A stretch of DNA of 64,000 nucleotides from Mobula hypostoma (lineage: Eukaryota), in NCBI RefSeq assembly GCF_963921235.1, contig NC_086123.1:18228001-18292000 (forward strand), given 5' to 3'. The translations under genes were made by a program, and so were the position numbers. This document shows positions 38,632-52,282 of the stretch, piece after piece. The notes below the pieces were generated by a model. That model was not told the origin of the DNA and did no database searches. It saw only the letters and a program-made list of their open reading frames with translations. Position 1 is the stretch's first letter. Each line of letters starts with the position of its first letter.

Positions 38632-40443
38632 AGTCCGAAGAAAACTTATTCAAAGATTATCATGCTTGCATACAGCAAAATTAAGAGCATCATAATTTGG
38701 AGTTCAAAATTTACTAACATTGCTGCTAGAAAGCATAAGATTTAATGCGATGAAATACAAGCAGCATTATTATAAGAATTTGGTAAGTCATAACATACTT
38801 CGATTTGATACTAAGTACTTAAACCATTTCTATGATCCTGTCAAAACAATAAAATTTTCTTTAGGATTCAGAGTTCACTCCATATTCTGCTGAAATGCAA
38901 ATTCTCTAACTAAATAAAAATTGTCCAATTGGAAACGCATCCTATCCCAGCTGCCGTCGCAAACTAGTAAATTGTTCCAGCAGGTGCCCCCAAATGAGAT
39001 TGGCAAAATATTATTCAAATCCACTTCATTGATTACACAGAATTGCTGTTCGATACACTTCACTCACAGAGTACAGAGACACAACAAGACTCCCACTGTT
39101 GATTTTCTGTTTCCACAACGATCTGCTGAATGAAAGTTAAAAGTGATTTCTACTCTCCTTCATGCAGCCTGGACATGACTTATCATGGTTGTTGGAGGGG
39201 AGGCAGTAATAGTTCCTCGGGCCACGCTCCATCATGGTGTTTGTAATGTAGTGAGGCAGTTCAGTCTATATTAAAGTCATTCACTGCTGCACTGCTGCCC
39301 TACTCATAGCAATAAATTCCTAGCTTACATATGCATGCATGCACTTCAGTCACAAACGTGTATGTGAGCACGCACACGCACACAAAACCATGCATCACAT
39401 AGTTCTTAAACATTCTAGTTACCACAGTACAACTGTCTGCACGTGTGTCATTGTGCATGTGTGTGCAGATACGTGTTTAGGTTCATGCAGGTCAGCGTGA
39501 AATACTAGGACAAATGATACCAGAAATATTTTGATTAGATCCCAGGGGAAAAAGAACTTACAATCTCCATATCATATTGTCCTTGGTTGTGAAGACATTC
39601 TTCAAAAGGTATGTTCAGTGTTTATTTCATTCGACACTGCCCTCTAATCTGGGAGCTTTTCGCTGCAAACAATGACTCACACAAGTCTTTAATTTCCAAG
39701 GAATTAAAGATCAAATAAATTGCTATATAAGTCATTGGAGTAGAATTGGGCCATTCGGCCCATCGAGTCTATTCCATCATTCCCTCATGGTTGCTTTATT
39801 ATCGCTCTCAACACCATTCTCCTGCCTACTCCCCGTAACCTTACTAATCAACAACCTATCAAACTCCGCTTTAATTATACTTGGCTCAATAACCATCTCT
39901 GGCAAAGAATTCCACAGATTCGTCAGCCTGTGGTTAAAGAAATTCCTCCACATCTCTGTTCTAAATGCTGACCATCCTTCTTCATTACAGATTTCAATTT
40001 TATTTCCTGAAAATAAATTCCCCGATTTTGAACCGGAGCTAACCTCCTGTCTCCAGTTCCAGTTCACTAGGAGAGGCTTTTCTTTTCCAATTCAGTACCT
40101 AGTTCCAGTACTGTCACGATATGGGTACATGCAGCTTGGCACCAGCACAGCGGCCCCTTGCATCACTTTCCTCCTGACTGAAAGTCCACTGGTAGGGTTC
40201 TTCTTGATTGACTTGATTACCGCTGATTCTAGTGGGCAGTCAGTCAACCTGAGAATGGCCCACTATCATGTGTAGAAGCTAGCTACAAACAAGACACATA
40301 AGCTGAAGTCCTCTGGGGGAAAAAATAAATTTTAACTATCCATAAACCCTTTCCTTTAAAGCAGGGGTTCCCAACCTGGGGTCCACTCACTGGGAAGCCT
40401 CCATGGCACATAAAAGATTGGGAAACTACGACTTAAAAGACAG

Positions 40444-40666
40444 CAAACAACAGGAATTCTGCAGATGCTGGAAATTCAAGCAACATACATCAAAGTTGCT
40501 GGTGAACGCAGCAGGCCAAGCAGCATCTATAGGAAGAGGTGCAGTCGACGTTTCAGGCCGAGACCCTTCGTCAGGACCGAAGGGTCTCGGCCTGAAACGT
40601 CGACTGCGCCTCTTCCTATAGATGCTGCTTGGCCTGCTGCGTTCACCAGCAACTTTGATGTATGTT
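40444..40666. mobile_element. Palindromic Penelope pLTR mini-element, 13-bp TSD ACTTAAAAGACAG
   Basis: 89-bp inverted arms at 40482-40570 and 40578-40666 with one mismatch and a 7-nt spacer. The TSD is at 40431-40443 and 40667-40679, and the empty site is at about 9787. Confidence 0.9.
40543..40577 (-). ncRNA. Minimal hammerhead ribozyme with intact core, on the GPCR sense strand
   Basis: Minus strand reads GTC-CTGACGA-AGGGTCTCGGCCT-GAAACGTC-GACT. Confidence 0.8.
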
Positions 40667-41705
40667 ACTTAAAAGACAGGAAGGGTTTCTTAACGAGCAC
40701 GCTCTGAATATGCGTACTTATGCAGTTAAAATACAATTTCATCTCCACATAAAGGGAAGCGTATTTGAGTACTTGCTCGTTCAGACCCAAGTTTTGTCAC
40801 ACGAACATTTTCAGAATTGATCAATTTCTGTGTTCGAACGCATTTCTCAGCTTTGCTTTGATCACGTAACAATAAAGAGCATCTAGTTCACGTGGACCGG
40901 GAGCGATTGGATGGCTGTTACAGAGCTCGTTTTCTGATCCACAGTCTGCTCCTCCTTGAATATTCCTTGCTAAGTGGCTGATCTGCAAGAGCTTAAAATT
41001 AAGATGAAGTAGAGCTTTCTCCAAACAATCTTTAAGTTGATAAGTTGGAAAATAGTAAATAATGGGATCGACCACATTGTTCAGATACGTTATAAACAAC
41101 GTAATGCAAAAGATATTCACTGTTATGTGATACGACTTGCAGTCGAATGGATTTCTTAGTTTAGTCGCCAAAACCGCGACCACAGCAACATTGGTGGGCA
41201 AGAAGCAAATGACAAAAACTGCAGCCACGGCTATCACAAGTTTCACAGTTCGCTTATATTTAGCCCGCATTCCAGCTTCCATCTGCCGTAACCTCCAGGT
41301 GATGGAGGACGTAGAGAACAGGATAACTGAAACTGGCAAAAGAAACTTAAAGAATATAAAAGTAAAGTCAGTCCAAACTGCTGTGGGACTCAGAGGCCTG
41401 TTTATACTGAAAGGCTCACAGTTTGTCACGTTGTGTTGTTCGAAGTCATGTTTGTCTATCAGCAGGTGCAAGCAGATAGCCACCGCTACAATCCACAGAC
41501 CGCCTGCTATCATCACCGCACACCTTGTAGAGATCCAGTTTACCTTGTGGAGTGGACAGACCACCTTAAAGTAACGATCGATCGCAATAACCATGAGGAA
41601 AAAGATACTGCCAATCCGGTTCAGGGAAATCATGAATATGTTCGGTCTACACAGTCCACCGCCAAAAGTCCAGTCCTTCCCTCGGAGAAAATAATCAACT
41701 CGAAA

Positions 41706-44700
41706 GAGTATGTGTTTAGGAGAAGAAGATAGCGGTTGTTCTTTGACCGAGGTTCTCTTTTGGGAGGAGGGAGGGGGATGGGAAGTTCTTTTTTCTTGAA
41801 GTTGATTTGGGAATCTACTCAATTCTGTTGCTTAGCTAATATATTTCAAGGTTTATTATTTGGGTTTAATTTATATTTTTCTGATTGCTATTTTAACTTT
41901 TCTTTTAATAGTTTTAAAATGGAACAAAGTATTAATTTACTCAGTTTTAACGTGAAAGAGCTAAATCAGCCCATGAAAAGAAATAAGATTTTTGCGTGTA
42001 TTAAAAAGCTTAATGTACCAATTGTTTTTCTTCAAGAAACACATATACGTACATGTGACAATTCACGCCTTTTTAATCGATGCAGACAATCTCATTTCCA
42101 TTCCTCCTCTCAGACCAAAGCCTGAGCTGTTTCGATCCTTATAGCTGTTTCCATCCTTTTTCACAACATAAAGTAATTTCTGATACTAATGGGCATTTTG
42201 TTATAGTATCAGAAAACTAAATAACAAATTAGTGGTTTTTGCCACTGTATATCCTCCGAATATAGATGACCCAGGTTTCTTTGAGCGTTTTTTTCCATTT
42301 TTGCCAGATCTAAGTCTATACTCATTGGTGATGGGTGGAGACGTTAATTGTTGCTTAGCTCCAGTTTTGGATCATTCATCTTCTAAACTAATGATACCAA
42401 ATAAATCAGCACTGTTTATTAAATCTTTTTAAATGAAATGTGGTATTATTGATGCTTGGTGTTTTTTTTTTCCATCCAGTGGACAAGGAATATTCATTTT
42501 TCACTCATGTCCATCATCCATATTCCAGGATTGATTTTGTTTTTATTGATAGCCAGATGATTCCATTAGTTTGATCCTGTGTATACAAAGAGATTGCTGT
42601 TTCAGATCACGCTCATGTATTTCTATCTTTAAATCTCCCTGGTCTTCTTCAAACAAATAGATTTTGGTGATTTAATCTAACTTTGTTATCTGATAAAGAT
42701 TTTTTAAACTTTATGGAGAGACAAACTACATTTTTTTGAAGAGAATACGTTAGAGGAGACCTCCAGTCACACAGATGGGATGACTTTAAGACGTATATTA
42801 GAGGACAAATTATTTCTTATACTGCAAGTATTAAGAAAAAAGCTAATAAAGAGAGAAGTGATTTAGCTAATCAGCTGAAACAGTTAGACCAAGAGTATGC
42901 CTTGGCTCTAGAACCTGCCTTATTTAAAAGATGTGTGGAAATTAAAACTAAATATGATCTCCTTTTAACTTATCCAATTGAAACGCAACTCCTAAAAGAT
43001 AAAAGTCAATTTTATATTCATGGAGATAAAACAGGTAAATTATTGGTGGATCAAATTAAAACCATTATAGCTAAACAACAGATTAAAGAAATATGCAAAG
43101 CTAATGGTGATAGGATGACTGGTTATTAAGAAATAAATGATACTCCTAGAGAATTTTACCCTAAACTTTATACTTCTGAATCTTCTAAGGATAACACTGT
43201 AATGAACAATTTTTTAGATCAACTCAACATTCCTGCAATTTCTGCTGACAACAGAAAGCTGTTGGAACAACCTATTTTTTTTTTTAGGAAATTGTCGAGG
43301 CTGTGCTCTCATCACATTTGAAAAAAGCTCTGGGTCCAGATGGATTTTCTGGAGAATTTTACAAGACCTTTTCCTCACTGCTTATACCTCATTTATCTTC
43401 AGTTTTTTTGAATTCATTTAAATTGGGCAGACTCCCTCAATCTTTTTATGAGGCTTCCATTTCTCTTATTCTTAAGAAGAAATAGGATCCAACTGAATGC
43501 TCTTCTTATAAACCAATCTCTTTCGTTAACATTGATTCTAAGATCCTATCTAAAGTTTTGGCCCATAGGATTGTAAATATTTTACCATCTGTCATTTCTG
43601 ATAAACAAACTGGATTTATCAAAAATTGATATTCTCACTTTAATATTCATCAGTTATTACATGTTAATTATCCTCCTTCTAATATGATATCAGAATGTGG
43701 GGTATCGCTAGACGCTGAGAAAGCTTTCGACAGGGTTGAATGAAATTACTTATTTAAAACTGTAGAAAAATTCAATTTTGGACCCGTTTTCATTCAATGG
43801 ATTAAATTACTTTATTTAGCTCCTTCCGCTAGGGTTATCACTAATCCTCATAATTCCAAACCATCTAAGCTTCAATGTGGTGCTAGACAAGGCTGTCCAT
43901 TGAGCCCTTTGCTTTTTGATCTGGCCTTAGAACCCTTATCCTTTGCCTTTCGAGAATCTAATGATTTCACTGGTATTTTAAGGAGAGACACTATTCATAA
44001 AGTCTTGCTGTATGCTGAAGATCGCCTGCTATTTATTTCTAATGTTGAGACTTCATTACCCCATGTGCTTTCTTTCCTTTCCTTTTTCAGCCAGTTCTCA
44101 GGTTATAAATTAAACCTATATTAAAGTTAATTTTTTCCTTTCAACAATTTGAAACCAACAAATTCTAACCTTCCTTTTAAAAATATAAGAAACCAATTTA
44201 CCTGCTTAGGTGTAACAATCACTAAAAACTGTAAGTGTCTCTTTAAAGAAAATTTTCTTATCCTATTGAATCCCATAAAAAGGACACTATCAAATTGGTC
44301 GCCTCTTCCGTTATCACTGATTGGTCGAATCAACTCTATCAAACTGAATATATTACCTAAATTTATATATCTTTTTCGGGCATTGCCAGTTTTTATTCCT
44401 AAATCCTTTTTTGATTCCCTTGACTCTATTATATCTTCTTATATCTGGAAGAATAAGCGTTCTAGTTCAGTTTCAGTTTCAGGGTTCTGAGAATACACAT
44501 CTCAGAAGACCTTACATGGCCCACTAACACCACAACAATGGTTAAGAAAGCACAACAACACTTGTTTTTCCTCAGGACACTGAAGAAAGCTGGTCTACCT
44601 GAACAGATGCTGGTGACCTTTTACCATTGCACCATAGAGAACATCTTAACATACTGCATCTCTGTGTGGTATCTCAGTTGTACAGCAGCCGATAAGAAAT

Positions 44701-46671
44701 CACTTCAGTGGGTCATCTCTAGCGCACAGAAGATCATCGGGACACAGCTCCCAGCCCTGGAGGACACATACAGCTCTCACTGCCTAAGGAAAACTACAAG
44801 CATCTGTAAGGACAATACACACCCATGCAATCATCTGTTTGATCTTCTTCCATCTGGCAGACGTTATAAGATTTTCTATTCCCGCACTTCCAGACTGAAA
44901 AATAGCTTTTTCCCCCCAGAGCTATACTTGCTCTGAACCAATCGATCAAGCATCATCCATAACTTTGTTATATTGCTACTTTAATACTGGTTTTATGATT
45001 GTCAGGTATCTGAGTTGTGCTTTTGTACTGCTGGGCACTGCTTCTACTGGCTGGTTACTTGACTTTAGTTGTTGTTTATTTATTTTATTTGTTGTTTTTA
45101 GCATTGAGTATGAAAGTTGCAAACTTATTTTCGCTGCATTGGTGCATGACAAATTGTACTATGCAATGACAATAAAGATATTTCATTTCATTTCATTTCT
45201 AGATTAAACAAAATTCATCTTCACAAAGATAAAAAGAATGGAGGATTAGCCTTACCAAACTTTAGATTTTATTATTGGGCAGTTAATATAAGAAATCTTA
45301 CATTCTGGTTATATTACATAAATCATGAGGATTGCCCAATGTGGATTTTTTAGAAGCTATCTCTGCTAATAAATTCTCTATTATTTCTCTTCTTGGATCC
45401 TCACTCCCTTTGTCTCTGAGTAAGTCAACTGATAATCTGGTAGATAAACACACCAAGAGAATTTGGATACAATTTCAAAAATATTTTGGCTTATTGAGAT
45501 TTTCTTTTTCGAGTCCTATTTTTTCCAATTATTTTTTTAAACTCTCTATGATTGATGTGGCTTTAAAAGAATGAGATAGATTAGGTATTAAATGCTTTCA
45601 GGACTTGTTTGTAGAGGGAGGCCTTTTTTTGTTTGAACGACTGTCAACTAAATATAGTTTACCCAAAACTCACTTTTTCGATACCTACAAGTAAGAGATT
45701 TTTTACGGTCTCAAGTAAGTACATTTCCTAAAAGTCCTGATAAGAATCTACTATATGTAATCTTTAATTTGAAACCTTTTTACAATGGATTTATATCTAA
45801 TATTTATAATATGCTGCTGGGAATGAAAAGGGTTCCTTTAGATAAAATTAAACATCTTGGGAAACAAGATTTACAGACTTCAATTTCTCAGATAACTTGG
45901 AATCAAATTTTTTAATTGGTTAACACTTCATCGTTATGTGCTCGGCACTCTCTCCTACAATTTATAGTGGTCCATAGGGCCCATTTGACTAAGGATAAGT
46001 TGTCATCTTTATTTGGATATATCTCTGTATTGTGATACATGTAATAATCGGGAAGCTTCACTCATTCATATGTTTTAGACCTGCCCGTGTCTTGGAAAAT
46101 TTGGAAAGAAGCATTTCAAACTTTCTCAATACATTTAAAGTAAACTTTACGCCTAATCCTTTGACTGCTTTATTTGGTATTGTTGGATGAAAGGATATTA
46201 TTTTGGAGTCATCTGACTTGCACATCTTGGCTTTTAGGTCCCTATGGCCAGAAGGATGCTTTTGCTTAAATGGAAAGATGCAACCCCTCCTATTCACGCC
46301 CTATGGTTATGTGATGTCATGTCATGTTTAAATTTAGAGAACATTCGATGTTCAATCTCTGAATCTACTCAGGACTTTCAAACATTGTGGGGATCTTTTC
46401 TGAATTATTTTCAAAACCTTTGATTTGCTGTTAAAGCACAGATGATGACTGATAATTAATTTTCCTTTTTTTCTTTATTAATCAGCTTCGGTCTTGGTAG
46501 TGGGTTAGATTTTTTTAATATAATAAAATTATTATTTTTCAATGTTACAAATTAATTAACTTGTATGAATATAGGGTAAGAGTCTTTACATGCGATTTTG
46601 TATAATGTTTTGATATTTTTTCCTGTACTCTATTTTTATATGTAAATTAATTAATAAAAATATAGGAAAAG
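41706..46671 (+). mobile_element. Decayed L1-clade LINE (ORF2), same insertion as 13970-18764
   Basis: Collinear with the first copy and has the same 3' junction (GAAAACGTAGACAGCAC). There is a probable short GAAA TSD. Confidence 0.93.
44466..45196 (+). mobile_element. Rex1/Babar-like fragment nested in the L1 (same insertion as 16568-17285)
   Basis: Same site and TTCTAG TSD. Confidence 0.8.
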
Positions 46672-47417
46672 GAAAACGTAGACAGCACATTAACAGAGTG
46701 TCCACAATCATAAGATTCAGTAAATACACAATACTTGGTTTCTGCGACTTCACATGAACACAAAAAATTCATAAAGCAATCGTATTTCCAGCAAGCCAGA
46801 GGATGAATGTGACGATAATTACCAGCGGATTGTAGGATGAGTTAATATCTTCACCAGGTGCACATTGTGGGGTCGAGTTCGCCATTGTGCGAAAAGGCGG
46901 TCACACAGTCAAGATGTTCAGAGGGGAACAAACTCATTCGGAGGGAAACAGCCTTACAAGCTGATCTTCTTCGAATGAGTTTGTTCTCCTGTGGGTGCAG
47001 TATATGGGCGGACTGAATTAGTCAGAGATGCCCGATGAAATCATCAACTTCCAGGAAATCTAGAGGCACAAGCATTCAGATTAAGGAGCAGACAATTAAA
47101 TATATCTGATTCTCACATTTCTTCCGCAGTCTGATGTTTTGTTTAAACAACAACTGTACCCCTTGACCATGACTGCATGTTTTCATGCATTGAGTCTCTG
47201 ACACATTAACCACGAGGTTCAAGAACAGTTACTACCCTCCAACCATCAAGCTCTTGAACAAAAGAGGACAACTGCACTCATTTTGTTTCTGTTGTTCCTA
47301 CAATCAAAAGTTCTCACTTTAAGCACACTTTACTTTGTTATTTCATGTCCGTCTTATTCACTGCTCGTTATTTAGATCTGCATTTGCACCTTTTGTTGTT
47401 CGTTGATCTTGCTTACA

Positions 47418-48794
47418 TAGAAACATAGAAAATAGGTGCAGGAGTAGGCCATTCGGCCCTTCGAGCCTGCACCGCCATTCAGTACGATCATGGCTGATCA
47501 TCCAACTCAAAACCCTGTACCTGCCTTCTCTCCATACCCCCGATCCCTTTAGCCACAACGGCCATATCTAACTCCCTCTTAAGTATAGCCAATGAACAGG
47601 CCTCAACTGTTTCCTGTGGCAGAGAATTCCACAGATTCACCATTCTCTGCATGAAGAAGTTTTTCCTCATCTCGGTCCTAAAAGGCTTCCCCTTTATCCT
47701 CAAACTGTGACCCCACGTTCTGGACTTCCCCAACATCGGGAACAATCTTCCTACATCTAGCGTGTCCAATCCCTTTAGAATTTTGTACGTTTCAATAAGA
47801 TCCCCCCTCAATCTTCTAAATTCCAGAGAGTATAAGCCTTGCCAATCCAGTCTTTCATCATATGAAAGTCCAGCCATCCCAGGAGTCAATCTGGTGAGAA
47901 TGTCTTTCCTCAGATTAGGGGACCAAAACTGCACACAATACTCTAATTGTCGTCTCACCAAGGCCTTGTACAACTGCAGTAGTACCTCCCTGCTCCTGTA
48001 CTCAAATCCTCTTGCTATTAATGCCAGCATACCATTCGCCTTTGTCACCGCCTGCTGTACCTGCATGCCCTCTTTCAATGACTGGTGTACAATGACACCC
48101 AGGTCTCGTTGCACCTCCCTTTTTCCTAATCGGCCACTATTCAGATAATCTGTTCATCTGTTTTCCTGTTCTTGCCACCAAAGTGGATAACCTCACATTT
48201 AACCACGTTAAATTGCATCTGCCATGAATTTGTCCACTCACCTAACCTACCCAAGTCACCCTGCATCCTCTTAGCATCCTCCTCACAGCTAACACTGCCG
48301 CCCGCTTTGTGTCATCCGCAAACTTGGAGATGCTGCATTTAATTCCCTCGTCTAAGTCATTAATATATATTGTAAACAACTGGGGTCCCAGCACTGAGCC
48401 TTGCGGTACCCCACTCGTCACTGCCTGCCATTCTGAAAAGGTCCCGTTTATTCCCACTCTTTGCTTCCTGTCTGCCAACCAATTCTCTACCTACATCACT
48501 ACTATACCCCTAATACCGTGTGCTTTAAGTTTGCACACTAATCTCCTGTGTGGGACCTTGTCAAAAGCATTTTGAAAATCCAAATATACCACATCCACTG
48601 GTTCTCCCCTATCCACACTACTAGTTACATCCTCAAAAAATTCTATGAGATTGGAAAATCATGTCTGACCAATCACAAATCCATGCTGACTTCGTCTGAT
48701 GATTTCACAGCTTTCCAAATGTGTTGTTATCACAGCTTTGATAACTGACTCTAGCATTTTCCCCACCACCAATGTCAGGCTTACTGGTCTATAA
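47418..48794 (-). mobile_element. CR1-clade LINE, 5'-truncated, TSD TTACA
   Basis: RT motif [21 protein letters not shown]....ISKFADDTK and a (TTTCTATG)n-type tail. The empty site is at about 21125. Confidence 0.9.
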
Positions 48795-50775
48795 TTACAG
48801 TTACTGATCTGTAGATTTACTGCATGCCCACAGGGAAAAGAGTCTCAGGGTTGTACATGGTGACGTGTCTCTACTCTAACAATCAATTTTAGTTTGAAAT
48901 TTGAACTTTTCAACTTGGAACATGATTGCCTGATTGGATAATTATCGATAATTATCAAGCTGGTGGGCAGGTCTGCTTCATAAAATAGTCACTATTGGGA
49001 TTCAGGTCAAAGTCCGTAATGGCCACTGGCCACTGTGAATGGAAGGCTACTGCAGGTACAGTACCTGCTGACCAGAATTCCTGGGAGTTCTGTTGATATC
49101 ATCTTAGATAAAGACTGAAGATGATGGATTCCAAAGGGTCTCCCAGGGTATCAGAGCAGACCTGCTGTCAGATAATTTAACCACTGGAGGCACTAGCCTG
49201 GTGAAGATCAGAGGCACCAAGCGTTATCACTCGGACTTATTTCATAATTTACTGGCATAATTTACATATTACTATTTAACTATTTATGGTTCTATTACTA
49301 TTTATTATTTATGGTGCAACTATAACGAAAACCAATTTCCCCCGGATCAATAAAGTGTGACTACTACTACTACTACTTCTATCAGGTTCCCCCTATAGCA
49401 GGTGAGTTATTCTGCAGTGCTCATGCTGAGAAATACAAAACGAATTCAAGCCTTTGTGTCCCAATGTTCAGACAATCCTTCATTGCCACCTCAATTTCTA
49501 CTTCACTTCAATCCTTCAGCCTTCCTCCAATCTTGCTGCCGTCACTGCGGACACGTCTGCCTCATTCAACAAATATGAATAACCACGCCGACTTTGTGAA
49601 ACCCTGGCCAACGGCTACTCAAAGTACAGAAGGCACATTGAGGATGGAACTGAGAAGCCCATGCCCATACTTCAGAAACGCAGGAAAGAGCTGCGTTATT
49701 AGTAGGAGGAGCAGACCACCTCACCTACACCCACTCCGCACCCTGTCAGGAAGAATCTGCTCATCTGTGGAGGACCATAAAACCATCAAAAGGTATTGGA
49801 TCAGAACTAAGCTAATCGGACCAGCGAGTCTGCTGCACTACTTAATCATGGCTGAGTTTCTGTTTCCAACTCCAGTCTCCCAACTTCATCCTATAACCCT
49901 TAAAACCCCCTTAACAATCAAGAACCTATAAATCTTGTCTTAATTACACTCAATGATTTGGCCCCAAACACCCTATATAACAATGAATTCCACAGACTCC
50001 CCACACTCAGGCTGCGGAAAATTCTCAGCTCAGTTCTAAAGAGATGACCCTTCATTCTGGGGCTGTGCCCTTGGATCCTAGACCTTTGGATCCTTGGATC
50101 CTCTCCCACTAATGGAAACATCCTCTGCACATCTACATTATCAGGGTTTGTGGTTTCTCATATTGGGATGACTGATTACCTCAGAATGGAAAATAAAAGC
50201 ATCCATAGGAACAGACAGGAGTAGATAATGTTCCTATTCTGCACAGATGGACATATTGCACCCTGCATGCATTTAATATTTTGTAATAGTTGAGTACTCT
50301 TGTATATAGATTGATTAATTAAGGATTCTTGTTAAAATTAGTATAAATTTCTATGTAAATTACGTTATTTGGACATGTCATCACATGATACGGACACGCA
50401 TCGCTTGAAGTAAAAGAACAAAGTTAAAACTCACATCTCTCGGTTCTTGTTTTCTTTTGAGTCAGTTTAAAGTTTTGGAGCCACAAAACATAACCCAGTG
50501 ACCCCAGGCCACGCTCGATCATGGTGCTTGTAATGTGGTGAGGCAGTTCAGTCTATCTTAAAGTCATTCACTGCTGCACTGCTGCCCTACTCAGAATAAT
50601 AAATACCTGTGAGCTCAATTTCAAAGTTCAGGTGAATTTTGGGCAGGTATATGCATGGTAGGCAAATGGAGGGCTATGGACCCGGTGAAGGTCAATGACA
50701 GTAGGCATCTTAAATGGTTTGGTACGGACTAGATCAGCCAAAGGGCCTGTTTCTGTGCTGTACTTTTCCTTGACG

Positions 50776-50919
50776 CTAAGATTTTACATGAAAATAAAAT
50801 ATCTACAAAGCAGTTGTATTTCTGACTAGTCCTAGGATGATTGTTATCATAACTACTGGTGGGCTGTGAGCAGGATTGACGACCTCACTAGAGACACATT
50901 GCTGGGATTATTTCTCCAT
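50776..50919 (-). pseudogene. Ancient HCAR-like remnant (N-terminus/TM1)
   Basis: Homologous to 23112-23255. Confidence 0.8.
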
Positions 50920-51324
50920 TGTCGAAAAAACTTTATTCAAAGATAATCATATCTGCATACAGCAAAGTTCAGAGCATCAAAATTCAGAATTTTAAACTTT
51001 CTAATATTGCCACCAGAATGCATAACATTTAATGTAAGGAAATATATCCGGCTTTGTTATCAGAACTTTGTCAGTCATAACATAGAAATGTATAATACTT
51101 CATTTCGATATTAAGTACACACACCATTTGTATGGTCCTATCAAAACCATTAAACTTTATTTGCTATTCAGAGTTCACTCCTAATTCTGTTGAAATGCAA
51201 ATTCTCTACCTCAGTGAAAATTGTCCAGTTGGAAACTTACCCTACTCCAGCTCCCGTCACAAACTGGTAGATTGGTCCAGCAGGTGTCCTCAATGAGATG
51301 AGCAGAATATTACTCAAATCCATC

Positions 51325-51836
51325 TGTTACGTACCCCGTGAGGAGAATAAAGAACCAGCAGAGATGGAAAACACTTTGGAGTCCAGTATTGCTATTAACT
51401 AATAATTTTTATTAGTAACTACGCAATACAGTAATTTAAATGTAGATAAATTAAACAGGTTAGCAATGATTATATATAATTAAGTGTGGAAATATATGTG
51501 AACAACCAAGCTTCTTCAAGTCTAGGGGTAAATAGACAGTCTTAAATTGATGAGTAAAGTTCAGTTCAGTTTGTGAGATTGAGTTGAGCAGTGATGGAGA
51601 GAGAGAGGGAGATTTGAGTCTTCAGGTTAATTGACCCCGTCGACCTTCTCGTTGTCCTCCAAAATCCTTAAAAAGTCACCGACAGTCAGTGACAGTCCAA
51701 AAGTTATTCTTTGTCTCTCTCTCTCTCAATCTCTTTCTTTCTCTCTCTCTTTCCAAAAGCACATGTCGGTGTTTAATAACTCTCTCTCTTTTTCTCAAAA
51801 GCACAGTTCATAGGGGTAGTCCAGGACCACGTCACA
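51325..51836. mobile_element. 512-bp solo LTR, 5-bp TSD CCATC
   Basis: TGTTACG...CGTCACA termini, with CCATC at 51320-51324 and 51837-51841. The empty site is at about 23658. Confidence 0.8.
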
Positions 51837-52282
51837 CCATCTCACTGATTATACAGCATTGCTTTTCCATGTACTTTACGTGACAGAGGACAGAGAGACA
51901 ACAGTATTCCCAGAGAAGATTTTCTGTTACCACAAAGATCTGCTGAATGAAGCTTAAAAGTCATTTCTGCTCTCCTTCATGCAGCCTGGACATGCTTTCT
52001 CATGGTTGTAGGAGAGGAGGCAGCAATAGTTCCTCGCGACACACTCTATCATGGTGCTTTAGTTCATGTGGGTAAGTGTGAAATAATCGGACAGAGACAC
52101 CAGACATATATTGATTAAATCCTGGGGAATAAAAGAAGTTACTAACTCAGAATCCCACATGCCCTTGGTTGCCCTTGATTCTTAATAAGGGATATTCAGT
52201 GTTCATTTCTTTCCACACTGCCACCTTGTGTTGGAGTTCTTTGCTGCAAACAATAATCCACAAAAGTCACTTCCAAGGAACT

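Larger units (their letters stand above)
40883..46885 (-). pseudogene. HCAR-like pseudogene B2 interrupted by L1 in TM2
   Basis: The 5' part (46672-46885) has a W-to-TGA stop. The 3' part (40883-41705) is open through TM7, then carries a 1-nt insertion frameshift near 40995. Confidence 0.93.

Noticed and set aside
40821-41822. 333-aa ORF as an intact receptor gene
   Set aside because: It lacks TM1 and most of TM2, has a TTG start in L1 antisense sequence and a frameshifted tail; it is part of pseudogene B2.
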